64,000 nucleotides of DNA from Takakia lepidozioides. Taxonomy: Eukaryota > Plantae > Bryophyta. The position numbers and the translations under genes were made by a program. Positions 1 through 13,797 of the stretch are shown here, piece after piece. The notes under the pieces are model-generated. The model saw nothing but the letters and a program-made list of their open reading frames with translations, searched no databases and had not been told where the DNA came from. The DNA is taken from contig CM060732.1 in assembly GCA_030704615.1 (NCBI GenBank), forward strand, positions 51,460,001 to 51,524,000. The letters run 5' to 3'. How positions within the stretch are numbered: the stretch's first letter is position 1; each line of letters begins with the position of its first letter.

Positions 1-2079
1 GGTATTAGTTTGGCTTTACTTCTTGTTACTATCATTGTACTTACTTCTGGTACAAACACATGGCCTAACCATGTGAGCTGCCACCACTGGGCCCTCATTC
101 ACAGGAGCTCTCATCTCATTCTGGTGTCTTATCCAGAATGAACAGGCTGCCTTGCGATGTCCTGGCTGATTACAATAGTAACATAGCTCTTCACCATTGG
201 GTCCTCGCCCTTGGTCTGTTCTTGGATTATTTCTATAATCCTGATTCCCGGGCTGGTAATTCCCCCTTGGATTACCCTGATAGTTGCCTCTGGAATTTCC
301 TTGGTAATTCCCTCTTGAATTACCTCTCCCTTCCATGCCATTGTTATAACCACCAGACCTACCATAGTGGTCCTGATCATTGTTTCTTCTTGGCTGGGGC
401 TGCACCTGATGCACCCTTACTTGCCTAGGTTCTCTTGCAGCTGTCCTTCTGTTGTAGTAACAATTCTCAGTAGAATGGTTATCCATTTTACAGATAGTAC
501 AGTGTTTCTCCTTCATGTGGCATTCTGTGGTGGTATGGCCTTCATTCTGGCACTTTGCACACCATACACCCTTCCTCCAATGTGTTGCAGCCTCTGTGGC
601 ATACTTCTTCAAGATTTCTTCCAATTTTTTTTCATAGTTATCCCTCTTCAACTTCTCCTTTCTCTTACTCTTTCTTTTTAGTTCTTGCTCTTCTTCTTCA
701 TCTGACTCATCCTCAGAGTCCTCATCTTCTTTTTTCTCTCTCCTGAGCATTCCCAATTGCTCAATTCTGTTCGCAGTTTCAAATGCCTCCTCCACTGTAT
801 TATGGGGTAAACATATCCACTTTCTTTTGCAACTCTGGTCTTAATCCACTCACAAACCAAGTCTTCTGTAAACCGGGCGCTGGTACTGCAGCCAGCTTTT
901 TCATCATCAATTCCATCTTCTCCATATACTCTTCAACAGTTTCATGCTTCTTCTGCTTCAGCTGTTGTAAACTTCCATACACTTCATCCTCAGTTTTACT
1001 TGTCCTGAACCTATTTCGAAATGCTGTATTCAAGCCATTCCAGGTTAGGAAATGATTATCAGGGAATCTTGCATACCATTCACTTGCTTTCTTGATAAGT
1101 GAACAAGGAAACAGTCTCATCTTGGCATCATCGCCATTCTCATTGTTCACTATACACATGTGCTCAAATTGGCTAATGTGTACATCGGGATCCCCTTTTC
1201 CTGAATATATTGGAAAGGGTGGTTTTGCCCGTGTTGGTTGTAACGCCATCTGTGGCCCTACCTTCTGCCCACTGACAGGTGCTGGCACCCTTGCTGGTGC
1301 TGGTCCTTCTGGACCTGTTGTTTTTGTGGTGGATCTTCCACCAAGTGGTGGCCCTTGAGCACTCCTTGCTTCTGGCCCCACGATATTCACAGTATTCCCA
1401 GCTTCAGTTGCACTACTTCCCACACCCCTGTCCCCCCAGAGCCAGATCCAGGCAGCCCGCCTGATCCCCCTGAGCCGACACCTTCGTTGGCCTGTGATCC
1501 AAGTGCTCCACTTGATCCAGGTCCAACGGGTTGGGATGTCCTGGTTGTAGTCTCAACCTCAGCTGTTGGGTCTACTTCTTCATATTCTTCCTCTTCTAAT
1601 TTCTTCTCTCTGTTTTCATCCTCCAAGTTCTGCCCTTGGGTTTCTTCTTCACTCATGTAACTCAACTGTAATGGTGTTGGAGAGTCTGAACTCTCCGTTG
1701 GCTCTGCCACATCCTCTTCTCCTTCTTCATCTTCTGCTTCAGAAACTGGAGTTCCTGCTTTTGGTGTTCCATGCCAACTCTTATCAAAGATTTCTGTCAA
1801 GTCTTTTATCCAAGGATGTACCTCAGATCTTTCACCTCGTGATTGATCTTCTTCCTGTACCAATTCCCTTAATCTTTCTTGCAAAGAAACAGAAGGAGTG
1901 GCATCCAACTCTAGTTCTTCCGGTATAGGTGATGCACTCTTTGATCTTGATGGTGTGAGAGGTCCAGATGATTCCCCTATGTCTATTCCTCTCTCCCAAA
2001 GATATGGATAATTAGCTTTCAGATAGCTTTCTCTTTTTGCTGAATATCTCTGTCGTCTAGCTTCTCTTTCATCACTCAT
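1..2079 (-). CDS. gag: Gag of copy A (acidic N-terminus, capsid-like domain, three CX2CX4HX4C knuckles), broken by 1-bp frameshifts
   Basis: ORFs 1387-2079, 800-1423 and 16-795; motifs FPIYSGKGDPDVHISQFE, LKQKKHETVEEY, CAKCQNEGHTTTEC, CTICKMDNHSTENC, CYYCNQPGHRKAAC. Confidence 0.9.
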
Positions 2080-2100
2080 GTCCCATGTCTTTCATTTCTT

Positions 2101-2795
2101 TTAATGTGGCAATAACCAAAACTCTCTTCTGTAATATCTCTCGTATATGCCTGGGTTTCTTTCAAGCTTCAATGCACCCTTGGCTATACTTGAAGTCTCC
2201 GTTACCATATAACCATATGGCAAACAAGTCTGAAAAGCTGTTCTTGGTGTGAGTTTGATCCACAAAATATCCTTTGGAATCCAATTCTTTACCAGTACAA
2301 GCTCTTCATGCATATGAGTATAAACATTCACCTTTCTTTCTTCCCAGCCTTCAAACTCTACTCGTTTAATGGATAGCAATGCTATCACATAAACCAATGT
2401 TGGTAACCAACGTGCTCTTCCTCTACAGGCTACCTGATAAATCTTTATCACTCCTTTCTCCAGACCCCATTCTGGATCAGCATCATGCACTCGTTTAAGA
2501 ATATTTTCTTTACAACCGTCTGGCAATTCCAAGAACCTTTGAAAGAATTGTTTGGACAATCTTTCTTCCTTCGTTCCACAGGGAATTTGATTCACTTCAA
2601 TTCTTTAATGGTCCAACCACCATGATCCCACCAGATGCCTGTCACATCTGGTTGTTCATGTCCCAGGTCCCCAGTATGGTCGCCAAATGTCGCGCGGCTT
2701 TTACTCACCCATCCCTTCGCTATCCGAGGCGGAAACTCCAAGATAGAAGAGTTGGAAATCTCTAAGTACTCAGCCCGCGCAGAACAATCAGTCAT
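2101..2795 (-). CDS. Extra 5' ORF1 (~230 aa, unknown function) starting inside the LTR; one frameshift near 2595
   Basis: ORFs 2592-2795 and 2101-2595; the frame is open across the same junction in copy E (13690-14233). Confidence 0.6.
2668..2685 (-). promoter_or_regulatory. Primer binding site TGGCGACCATACTGGGGA (tRNA-Arg(ACG)-like)
   Basis: Starts with TGG 2 nt after the LTR end; its complement TCCCCAGTATGGTCGCCA resembles the 3' end of plant tRNA-Arg(ACG). Confidence 0.75.
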
Positions 2796-3604
2796 GACCT
2801 ACAGCTAGTGTATCATGGGGGTGTTTCCTATTTGTTTCCCTTTTGCATTCATCTTAGCTACCTTACCATTGATAATTAAGTATCAGTTTGCTTCATCAAT
2901 CTATCGGTTTCCCTCATCCATTCAATCCACAGCTTCACTCAGATCTCTCTACACAGTGTGATTGTATCGTATAAGTATCAGATTATGATTTATCAGGTAT
3001 CAGGCCGAAGCCATTATGTCTCTAATCTGCTCTACAATATCACTACAGCTTTGCATATAACAAGCATCTACTAATCCTCTTTCTCCTTCACCGTGCTCTC
3101 CATCTTTTGCTTCCGATCTCCGCTCCGCCTGACTAAGAAGTCCTCCTCCGAATAATGATCCCCCTCATTCCCCGTTTTTCCCTTTATCTTCCTATCCGCG
3201 TTCTAACCGTTTCCCTCACTAACCGTCGTCTGTGAACTAACATGTTCCCTTCGCAGGTGTTGTTCCCCACAGTCGTTCCCTGTCCTACTCTTCGTTCCCT
3301 ATGATCGTGACAGCTGTGTCAAGCTGTGACTGGCTGTGTGAAACTGTGACGGGCTGTGACTGGCTGTGCGACTGTGCTGTGATGTGACCTGTGCTGTGTG
3401 TGTGTGCTGTGCTGTGACGACTGTGACGGGCTGTGCTGTGTGCTGTGACGACTGTGACACGACTGTGACGGCTGTGTACGGTGTCCCCCCTCTACAGTGC
3501 GCTGCTGTCACCCCTAAGGCTCCTGTTGGTCTCAGTCTGTGCAAAAATTAAGGGTACCCTACAGATCCCGTATAAGTGTCTAAGTCCCCTACAGTCCTCT
3601 AACA
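2688..3604 (-). repeat. 5' LTR of copy A
   Basis: TGTCGCGCGG...CCTCTAACA, homologous to the other LTRs in the window. Confidence 0.95.
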
Positions 3605-4415
3605 GTATGGAGCTACCAAGGGCCTCGTAGGTACTCTGGAGCTGTGGGCACAATCGAGTTGGATGACTTTATCCAGGAGTTCGACAGCTGGTGTGATTTG
3701 CAGCAGATGCGCAATCCACAGCTATTCACCCCATTCATGGCGTGGAAGGGACTGTTCGGCCCGCCTATGGACGATTACCACGAGTTCAGGCGAGGACATG
3801 AAGCAGAGATTGAGGAGTGGAGGATTATTGGTCACCTGACTACTTCTCCATTACTCGAGGCACACGCGACCAGTAGCTGCATCAGTACCATATCTCCCAC
3901 TGCCAGCACTAGTAGTGGAACAAGTAGTGCCGGTACTTCTCAGGTGGTACCAGTTCAAAGGTGCTACTACTCCTCCTGCCACGACTACAACACATGTGCC
4001 TAGATTCAACCCGGTGGGGGAGTTCTTCCAGGAGTTGCGGAGGAACTACCAAGGTGTACAGACTGAGAAGCTGCAAAGTTTGCAAGACTTCCAGCGCAAA
4101 CCCAGTGAGAGCCTGCGAGAGGCGTACACTCGTATGAGGCGCTTGATAAGTGTGACCCAAGGGGTTACTGAAGCTCAGGCAATCCAGTTTTGGTATGGAA
4201 TTATGGACAGGAGCTCAAGAGAAGGGTGCGAGATCAACCCTGTTACAAGCGCCCAACCCACATTAGCAGATGTGTTTCTGCTGGCTGAGCGGATTGAGCT
4301 CACATGGTGGAGGAGCGAGTTGTTACCATTGGATTTGGCAAGGACATGCCTGCAAGAGGCGCAGCTGCCAGCCCACAGGCACAAGGGACTGCCCAACAGC
4401 GTGGTCAGGTGGGCA
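3605..4415 (+). pseudogene. Fragment of a gag-like ORF from a different, older retrotransposon; cut on both sides by LTRs of copies A and B
   Basis: ORFs 3644-4003 and 3915-4493: LDDFIQEFDSWCD ... LQDFQRKPSESLREAYTRMRRL ... AIQFWYG, a retrotransposon capsid-like pattern. Confidence 0.65.
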
Positions 4416-5484
4416 TGTCGCGCGGCTTTTACTCACCCATCCCTTCGCTATCCGAGGCGGGAACTCCAAGATAGAAGAGTTGGAAATCTCTAAGCACTCA
4501 GCCCGCTCAGAACAATCAGTCATGACCTACAGCTAGTGTATCATGGGGGTGTTTCCTATTTGTTTTCCTTCCCGCATTCATGTTAGCTAGTTACCTTACT
4601 GTTGGTATTTAAGTATCAGTTTGCTTCAGCAATCTATCGGATTCCATCAACTCGTCCATTCATTCCACAGCTTCACTCAGATCTCTCTACACAGTGTGAG
4701 TATGAAGTATGTATCAGATTAATATCTATCAAGTATCAGGCTGAAGCCATGGTATCTCTATTCTGCTCTACATTACAACTCTACTTCTTGCATTCAGCAA
4801 GTATCAACAGATTGTTCTCCTCCTACTCCGTGCTCTCCCTCTTTCTGCTCAAAGATGCGCTCTTTGCTTCATTTCCAAGTTCTGATTTCCCCCGAAGTCA
4901 TCCCCAACTCCTTCCCCAAGTGATTCCCCCAAGAAGTGATTATTTTCCAGTCCTCGCTCCTGGCTTTATCTTCCTACCCGTTGTTCTAATTGTTTCCCTC
5001 ACTAACCGTCATCCGTGAACTAACATGTTCCATTCACAGATGTTGTTCCCCACAGTCGTTCCCTGTCCTGATATCCGTTCCCTATGGTCGTGACAGCTGT
5101 GTCAAGCTGTGACTGGCTGTGTGAAACTGTGACGGGCTGTGACTGGCTGTGCGACTGTGTTGGGCTGTGACGGGCTGTGTCGGACTGTGATTGGCTGTGC
5201 GACTGTGTTGGGCTGTGTCGGCTGTGTACTGGCTGTGTGGCTCTGAAGGGCTGTGTTTGGCTGTGATTGGCTGTGACGATTGTGTCAAACTGTGACGGGC
5301 TGTGTCGGACTGTGATTGGCTATGCGACTGTGTTGGGCTGTGTTGGCTGTGACGGGCTGTGTAACCCCCCCCTAAAGTGCGCTGCTGTCACCCCTAAGGC
5401 TCCTGTTGGTCTCAGTCTGTGCAAAAATTAAGGGTACCCCACAGATCCCGTAAAAGTGCCTAAGTCCCAGACAGTCCTCTAACA
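4416..5484 (-). repeat. 3' LTR of copy B
   Basis: TGTCGCGCGG...CCTCTAACA followed by the reverse-complemented PPT. Confidence 0.95.
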
Positions 5485-5487
5485 TTA

Positions 5488-5501
5488 CCCCTTCCCCTCT
5501 C
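5488..5501 (-). promoter_or_regulatory. Polypurine tract GAGAGGGGAAGGGG
   Basis: Purine run 3 nt upstream of the 3' LTR. Confidence 0.85.
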
Positions 5502-5522
5502 AAAAAGTCGTGTCCTCACGGT

Positions 5523-8500
5523 TTACTGTTTGGGATTTGTAATGCTTTGTAAGCGAGCACCCTTCTGACGGTTAGAGTCTCGTGAAGGACTCCGTGTGCG
5601 AGCCCGTGTCCTGTCACTGGTTGAGGGAGATGATTGAACACTACCTGGATATGTCAGTCCCTCTGGAGGTTGATATCGAGGTAATCTTTCAGGCATAGGA
5701 GACCCCCGTCGCTTCTTCTCTGCCATCTGAATTGCATAGTCCTCTGCCATGTCAAAAGAGTCCGCTGAAGAAACAGTTGTATCAGAATCGTCGTCCCCCT
5801 GAGGTGTTTTAACTGTCGAACTCTAACTGGAATTCTCTGGGGCATACAATGTTGTCCCACCCTGTTGTAAGTTTAAAAAACTTGTTGTAGCGCTGAATTG
5901 CAAATTGGTGAAGACCCTGAGCTCCTTGTCTGTCCAGGTGAGTGGGGTACCAATGACTTGTGAATTGTGCAATATTTCCATGCCTCATGTCCCTTAAAGA
6001 AATATCGTCAAATACAAATTGTTCCAGGCCGCATGAAACCATGAACGAATCTGAGAATCCTTTTGCATCATAACTTTTGCCTCATATAGGTACATATGAG
6101 GTGGCACTGAAGGTAAGACCCAATGATCCCCACTGGAATAACTCAAAAGTGCGTTTGCATCTTCTGCTGCTCAATGTGATAACGTACCAGAAAACAAGCA
6201 GCGTAGTATAACCCGCACCCCATGACAATACTTGCTACCTCTTTGGTCTTGGTATAAATGAATCCATGTACAACTTGGAAGGCAATTAATTCCTTCAACA
6301 TGGTACTTGCCTCATGCCAGTACTGCGCAAAGTGATGATCTTCAATTGGTCGATTGTTCGGAAGAACTTTAGTCCTAGTTGCCACTGGCAGCCAAATGCG
6401 CATGATTTGATAGTAATGTGCCAACGACTGCGGAGGACTAAATTCCTTCCAAGCCAAATCCAACACAATGGGAATTTGGTTGAAGGGCATAATCATAGCC
6501 CGACTGTACTCCCGTGCAGCTAGAGTTTTAGGTGGGTTAAAAGCAGCATTCCCCCATACCTCAGGTTGTGGTGGTTGTGGTGTGGCTGTAGTAACAACAG
6601 GGTCAGCTACTGTTACAGTGACTTGTGGTGGATTTGGTGGCACTGGCTCTTGTACCATTGGCATCTCCTGCACCCCTGCGAAGAAGACTGAAAAGCCAAA
6701 GTTTTGGCTTGTAAATAAAGCCATCAGCTGTTCCTCAGGTACAAACTCTCTTGTTGATATTTGAAGTGAGGTCCTCCACCTGAGTCTGCAGGCCGTCTAC
6801 ATCCTCCTATAACTCCGCTATCTACTATAGACATTGTCTATAGTAGTTGTGGCAATGTTCTGCACTTGCAATCTGAGCTATTCATCTCGCTTTGGGTGAG
6901 CTTTCGTGGTGCTTTGCCCTCCACCGGCCCTTGTGCTAACCAGACCTGCATAAGGTGGTTATCCACCAAGTTGCTTGTGGCACCCCTGAGAGTCTGCTCC
7001 TCTGTGAGCCTGTACACATCTATCTGCTGTAAAAAGCCTCCATGCGCTTCGCATGAGGTTCAACCAAACTCGCATAGGCAGCAGCCATTTATTGGCTTCT
7101 TTCCAAGCCTTGTTAGCCACAGAGAGTTCATTTCTATTTACCATGAGCGTTTGTTGCAACTCCAGGATGTACCTCTCTTGGTCAGCTTCAACTGCCTGTA
7201 TTGCTTGAAAGTATTCTCATTGCGACAGATTGTATTCTTCATATCGACAATGAGTTTCGTTTGCTCGACATTCTCTGCCTCTGCCTTCGTACATCTTTCC
7301 GCATGACTGTTATTTCTATTGTAGCTTGGTCAAGCATAGTTGTGAGTGTAGCACATTGTATGGCCATCCTGTCATGCACTGTCTGCAACTCCGTATGTAG
7401 TGCATTCACTTCTTGCAACTTGTTCATGCTTCACCTGCATTTGGTATAGCTGTTGCTTATGTGCTTCGTGCAACTGTCTTGCGCGAGGCCTGCCTCAATC
7501 AATTGTTCCTTGGCCAATTGCAAAGCCCTTCTGTACTCTCTAAGTCTTGCTGCATCTTGAGAGTGACCTCTTCATCGACCTTGTTTGCACACTCAGTGGC
7601 AAGTCGAGCCTCAAACTCCTTCCTGAGTTCCTCCCTCAAAGTTGCCAATTGGGAAATTGGAACATGGGATTTGACATAAGTGCCCAACAAATTAAGTGTC
7701 CTGCTTATGGAACTCATAAGCATGGCCTGTTGAGGGTCATCATGGTGAGCTTGCTGCTGTTCTCCCTGATCCTCAACAGTGTGATGCCTCACGAACCATT
7801 CAGGCCATTGCCCCACCAGATTTTCTTCCTGAACCACTTCATCCGTCACAGGTGTGCAGTGTCTTGACAATTCTACCTGTGGTACCTCCGTCACAGTTGT
7901 GTGTATTATATGCACCGCAGGGTTTCCCCTGACAACCGCTGCACCTCCGGAATCACTGTTTCCCTGACCAGACCAGAATTTTCATAGAGAAGGTCCCCCT
8001 TCTCAATTTCTGCCACCACCTGTTCTGTAGTGGGGATATCTAACCCTTCTTTCTCCAAATCAATTATTTCTGGTGGAACTGCATGGACAACTTGTGGTAA
8101 CTCTGTGACAAGCCGATCATCTGCTGTGATGGTTGTGATACTGAAGTAACTTCCTCTTCCCTCTCTGAAGGTCCTGCTTCCAATAATAGCAGCTCTCTGT
8201 GCTGCTGTGCCCCTTCCTGCACAAGAGCTTGGGAAACATTATCATGCGGTTTTCGTGAAGCCAGTGGATCCGCCACTACAGTCTTTCCCCGCCTCTGTCT
8301 CTTAGTTTGGGGTTGCCCTGCCAGTCCACCCTCACTGTGTGAAGAGCCTTGCTCTTCCATTGCAGTGGTTTCGGTCTCAAACACTCCCATCTCCTTTCTT
8401 TCCCGAGCATCAAGTATGCAAGAATCAAGAATTATTTGAGCAATGATTGGGCCAGACACTATGATAGGAGACTTTGCGGCAGTGCCCTGTAATCTTTTCA

Positions 8501-9032
8501 TCTCCTCTACCAGTGCGTTGTACATTATGTCCGCCCATGCTACCTCTTCTCCTCTCAGGGCTTTGAGTATTCCTCTGTGAAGGATCTGCTCAAATACTGT
8601 TGGTTCTGTTTCATGGCAAACAGAACGTTCAATACCTGGCCTACCTCCCTTAGCCCTGGGTAGACGGCCTTGGTACAAGCATAACCCTGAGTTTTAAAGA
8701 AACTCCCTTCTTGGAATAAATCCCCTATTTGCAGTCTTGCCCTGTGCTCCTCCACATGCACCTGACCTGATGGCAATTCAAACAATTGCTGTAGTATAGG
8801 GGAGTAATTTCTAATTCAACTCCCTTCACCGTTGTTGCTCTTGTCCTAGGCTCAAAGTTCTGCAAGAATTGTAACATGTACTGCCTATGGTGCAATGTCC
8901 AATCTTTGCTTTGCAATCCTCTAATCGCAGCTCCTTCAGTAACTGTACCGCCTGTGGAGTAGCAATCGTTTGTTTCTGCAGGATTGTGGTGCTCTTCACC
9001 CTGATTTCTTCCATTCCTCTCACTCTCTTCAT
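5523..9032 (-). pseudogene. Extra 3' ORF of copy B (frameshifted)
   Basis: ORF pieces homologous to 59011-62557. Confidence 0.8.
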
Positions 9033-9734
9033 TCTAGACCCACAGAAAGGTTTTGGCTGTAACAATTGAAGAAATGCCTGCAGAGCACAAAGCATAAACG
9101 TACAAAATGCTATGGGTAATTTCTTGTAAGCCTGCGGGGCTTGCAAGCATCGATTAAGAGAAAAGATCCGCTCTGTTCTTCCGTCCTATGCCACTGCGTA
9201 AGTAATATTGCGAGCGTATAGTCTGTTAGTTCCTCCATAGCTTCAAAGCTATATTGATGGTTTGTTCCGTCGAGACGCCCGTTACTTGGAACGACGCCGA
9301 CTCTTGCGCTTAAAATCCCTCCAATTTCTTGATCCTGCTTCTGGCTTATGATTGGCTGTAACCGCTGTGACTGGATTTTAGATTTAATTTTCTTAAGTGG
9401 ACTTCCCTTGCTGGACTGTCCACTAGGATAACACATATGACAAGAATTTTGCTTTTCTGTACTTGCCGTTTGTTCCGTTGCCTTTTTTCCGTATTCATTA
9501 ATGGGCCCGCCATTCATCCGAATTGACGTGCTAAGTAGGTACTTTGACGGCCATTCTTGTCCTCTTTCTTGATGACACCTGTTCTTGCACTTCCTTCTCA
9601 GCTGTGTGTCGCGCCCTGACTTCCACGTGTCCCTTTCTAAACTGGCTTCCGTCCTTTCTTCTTCGCCGCCCATTTCCCTGAAGTTATCCTGCGTCCACCT
9701 GTCACTGATTCTATGGATTGTGTAACCCTAGTAG

Positions 9735-10010
9735 GCTGTGTTGAGCTGTGACAGGCTGTGTCATACTGTGGTACGCTGTGATAGGCTGTGTTGCACTGTG
9801 GTAAGCTGTGATAGGCTGTGACACGCTGTGGTTTGTGATAGGCTGTGTTGCGCCGTGTTGGGCTGTGATACGCTGTGTCGCGCCATGCTGGGCTGTGATA
9901 GGCTGTGATAGGTTGTGTTGTGCCGTACTGGGCTGTGATATGCTGTGTCGCATTGTGCTGGGCTGTGATAGGGGCTGTGCCTTGATGGGCTGTGATAGGC
10001 TGTGTCGCGC
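9735..10010. repeat. GCTGTG/GCTGTGATAG-based tandem repeat downstream of pol (copy B)
   Basis: Visible 10/30-bp periodic repeats. Confidence 0.9.
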
Positions 10011-10039
10011 TTGTTCTGCCCGCCCTGTCATATATGCTC

Positions 10040-11922
10040 GGCCTAGCCAAGTGCTTCATACTCCGTTGGTATCACTGGCGCAGCCCGTGACTGCTTTTGC
10101 GTTTCAACATGCAAATCATGCTGCAATGATTTGTCATGGATACCACTGTACCCCTTCAACTAATTGGCATTGACTCTTCCCAGCATCTCTTTGTTAATGG
10201 TTTGTAACATGGCGGTGTTGTTATCATACATCTTCTGTATGACATAAGGTCCTTTCCATGGTGATTTAAGCTTAGAAACTTTAATCTTCCCCTTCTTCTG
10301 CAACCAGAGAACCAAATATCCCGTCTTAAAAGTCTTTATCTTGCCTTCATCAAACTGTTCCTTTCTCTTCATCTGAATTCTGGTCATGTTATCAGCTGCA
10401 TCAGCACGTACTTCTTCCACATGGTATAATTCATGTTTCCTGACCTTAATTGAATCTTGCAATTCTATTCTCTTTCCCCATTCCGTTCTCATGGTAGGTA
10501 ACAGGAATTCCACTGGAAGAGTAGCTTCCATACCATAAACTAATTGGAATGGTGTATACTTAGTGGTGACTTTTATATGAAGTCATGTATGACCACAAAG
10601 CTGTCAGCAGCTTTGTATCCCAATCCGTTCTGTTTGCATTGACTATCTAGCCAAGATAGTACATAGTATTTTGTTGGTAGCCTCTGCCTGCCCATTACCC
10701 TGTGGGTAATATGTTGTACTCTTCCTATGCACAATCATGAACTCTTTAGTCAATAGTTCAATGGTCTCATTAATGAAGTGACTTCCCTGATCACTGATAA
10801 TTCCAAGGGACAGCCAAATCGTGTAAGTATGTTCTCTTATGGGAACCTTGCTGTGGACTTGGCTGTGTTGTCCTCAAAGCTTTAGCTTCCACCCACTTCG
10901 TAGTATAATCAGTGGCTGCAATTATGTACCTGTTCTGTGTATTCTTGGCTGGTGGGTTAATTGGTCCAACAAAGTCTAGTCCCCATTTCTGAAATGGTTC
11001 CGTAGGCATTGTAGGATGCAAAGCCATCTTCCCAGATCTCTGCAAAGGTCCTAGCCTCTGACATTCATCACAACTCTGACAATACTTGTGTACATCTTTG
11101 AACAAAGTAGGCCACCAGTAACCTGCATGTAGTATCTTCCTACTAGTAGTCTCTTCTCCAAAATGACCTCCTGCCACTCCTTTATGAACTTCCTCCAAAA
11201 TTTTATTAACTTCATGTGGTATAAGCATCGCTTTGCACTCCATCTGGTCCTAGCTTATACATTCCGCTCCCTACCATAGTGTAAGGTAGAGCCTTGATAG
11301 CAATTCTCTTTCTCTGCTCCTTTCCATACTTGGTGGGCACTGACCATGAGCAAGGTAGTATCTGATTGGCCACTGCAAATATAACCAGTCATCTGCACTT
11401 CCCTGCACCTCCACTGCAAATAGACTCGCATCTGGTAATTGATCATCTACTCCCGTGACTGGTTCTCCTGTTGATAACAGTGACAAGTGATCTGCCACAA
11501 GATGCAGCCTCCCAGGCTTGTAAACAACCTCGAACTCAAACTCGTGCAAGATTATCAACCATCTTGTTATTCTTCCGCTTATCAGAGGTTTGTTTACCAG
11601 GTATATCAGAGCCTGGTGATCCACATAGAACATAAACTTCTTGCCCAACAGGTAATGCCTGAATTTCTTCACTGCATAGATCATTGTCAATGCTTCTCTT
11701 TCCGTTGTGCTATAATTTCTTTCTTTCGCATTGTTCATCAATCGGCTAGCATAGTACACAGGTGAATCTATCCTTCCTGTAACATTTTGGGCTAACACTC
11801 CTCCTAGTGCTTCTCCAAAAGCATCACAGTGAACATGAAATGTTTCCTACCAGTGAGGATTAATCAGCACAGGTGTAGTTGTTACTGACAATGTAAGTTC
11901 CTCAAAAGCCTGTTGACATTCA
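10040..11922 (-). pseudogene. pol: pol fragment (RNase H + integrase) of copy B, frameshifted
   Basis: [47 protein letters not shown]. Confidence 0.93.
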
Positions 11923-12801
11923 TTGACAAGGAAATAGCTCCCGGGGTCGACCATGGCTTCATCTTAACGTGCTCTTGAATCATGCTTGATGCATTTACCG
12001 CAGCCTCTCTATTCTCGCCCTTGGCACATGGATGGTTATGAAACCCAACGTGAACTGCAACACGTGTATATGTTGGAAGGGAACTTGTGACATAGTACAT
12101 TCTTGCCCCACAATGCGCCTCACAGAAAGGTCTTTCTTTGCAAAACTACACTTGAACTGGTTGAATGGAACTTGGGCTCCTGCAATGAACACCTTGTCTG
12201 CATTGCCTTCCCAATAGCGGTCATTCTATTCTCCTTCTTTCTTGAAGAAGGGGCAAGTGCTCTTTGACTATAGCTTTCCAACACAAAGAACCTTACTACA
12301 TTTTCAACATGATCTGGAACACCAGACATATTGTAGGTATTGGTCTTGCACCAAGGATGACCATCACAAACTGCGGTCCATGCCTTGGAGGGGCTGTGAA
12401 ACCACGGTCCGTACTTAGTTTGACCACGGGGGGGAGTTCGTGGATCACTTTTCCATCAAAAGCTCAAGGAAACACCGAACACTTTGTGACTACTGGGCGA
12501 TGCACTGGAATGTGACTATAGTCCAAGGTAGAAAGCTCTCCCTTTGATCCATTCCTCCGAGCAGTGGCCAAGATACTCAAAATGGACAACACACCAGAAG
12601 GAAATGCAGATGTAGCCTCCCCTACTAGTCGTGGAGAATGAAGATAAACCCCTCGCAGATTCGCAACAATCAGACGTGGTTTGTCCAATGGAGTTTTCCG
12701 AGGCTTCATGTCATGAAGCAAGACCGTATGACAGATGATGAAGGTGAGATCCACAAAATACACTCTTAGAAACCTCAACACAATCCAAATTATGAGACCC
12801 C
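11923..12801 (-). pseudogene. Degenerate N-terminal (GCM-like) fragment of a Mutator-like transposase related to the one at 30835-31700
   Basis: YYVTSSLPTYTRVAVHVGFHNHPCAKGENREA vs YYVIHLLPDLTRACIHVGVHCHPLARGNMREA; GSKGELSTLDYSHIPV vs GSRSELAALDYAKFPV. Confidence 0.8.
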
Positions 12802-13797
12802 TGTTAGAGGACTGTCTGGGACTTAGGCACTTTTATGGGATCTATGGGGTACCCTTAATTTTTGCACAGACTGAGACCAACAGGAGCCTTAGGGGGACAG
12901 CGCGCACTTTAGGGGGGGGGTTACACAGCCCGTCACAGCCAACACAGTCCGTCACAGTCCGACACAGCCCGTCACAGTCCGACACAGTCGACACAGCCGC
13001 CACAGCCAGACACAGCCGTCATAGCCAATCATAGCCGACACCGTCGTCACAGCCAATCACAGCCCGTCACAGCTCGACACAGCCCTACACAGCCGACACA
13101 CACACAGCCAGTCACAGTCCGCCCAACCTTACACAGCCAGTCACAGTTTCGCACAGCTGGGGAACAGTTATCAATGGCAGGGAACGACTGTGAGGGAACG
13201 ACATCTGCAAAAGGAACGTGTACTACATGGATGACGGTTAGCTAGGAAATCGGTTAGAACAGCTTGTAGGGGGATAAAGTCAAGAACGGGGACTTCTGGG
13301 GGATGACTTCTGGGAAGGACTTCGGGGGGGGGGGATCACAACTTGGAAAGGAAGCGGAGAGCGCATCTTTGAGCAGAAAGAGGGAGAGCACAGAGTAGGA
13401 GGAGAACGATCTGTTGATACTTGCTGAATGCAAGAAGTAGAGTTGTAATGTAGAGCAGAATAGAGACACCATGGCTTCAGCCTGATACTTGATAGATATT
13501 AATCTGATACATACTTCATACTCACACTGTGTAGAGAGACCTGAGTGAAGCTGTGGAATGAATGGATGGAACTTGATAGATTTATGAAGCAAACTGATAC
13601 TTAATTACAAAGAGTAAGGTAACTCGCTAACATGAATGCGGGAAGGAGTACAAATAGGAAACACCCCCATGATACACTAGCTGTAGGTCATGACTGATTG
13701 TTCTGAGCGGGCTGAGTGCTTAGAGATTTCCAACTCTTCTATCTTGGAGTTCCCACCTCGGATAGCGAAGGGATGGGTGAGTAAAAGCCGCGCGACA
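12802..13797 (+). repeat. 5' LTR of copy E
   Basis: Reverse-complement homologue of 4416-5484. Confidence 0.93.

Larger units (their letters stand above)
1..3604 (-). mobile_element. Ty3/gypsy LTR retrotransposon copy A (5' part: LTR, PBS, ORF1, gag; continues beyond window start)
   Basis: Near-identical to 47049-49712 and to the reverse complement of 51261-53927; LTR with TGT..ACA ends next to a PBS. Confidence 0.95.
4416..11922 (-). mobile_element. Ty3/gypsy copy B (divergent subfamily), 5'-truncated: 3' LTR, PPT, extra 3' ORF, tandem repeats, integrase, RNase H
   Basis: Collinear with the reverse complement of copy D ~56070-63566; homology stops abruptly at 11922. Confidence 0.93.
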
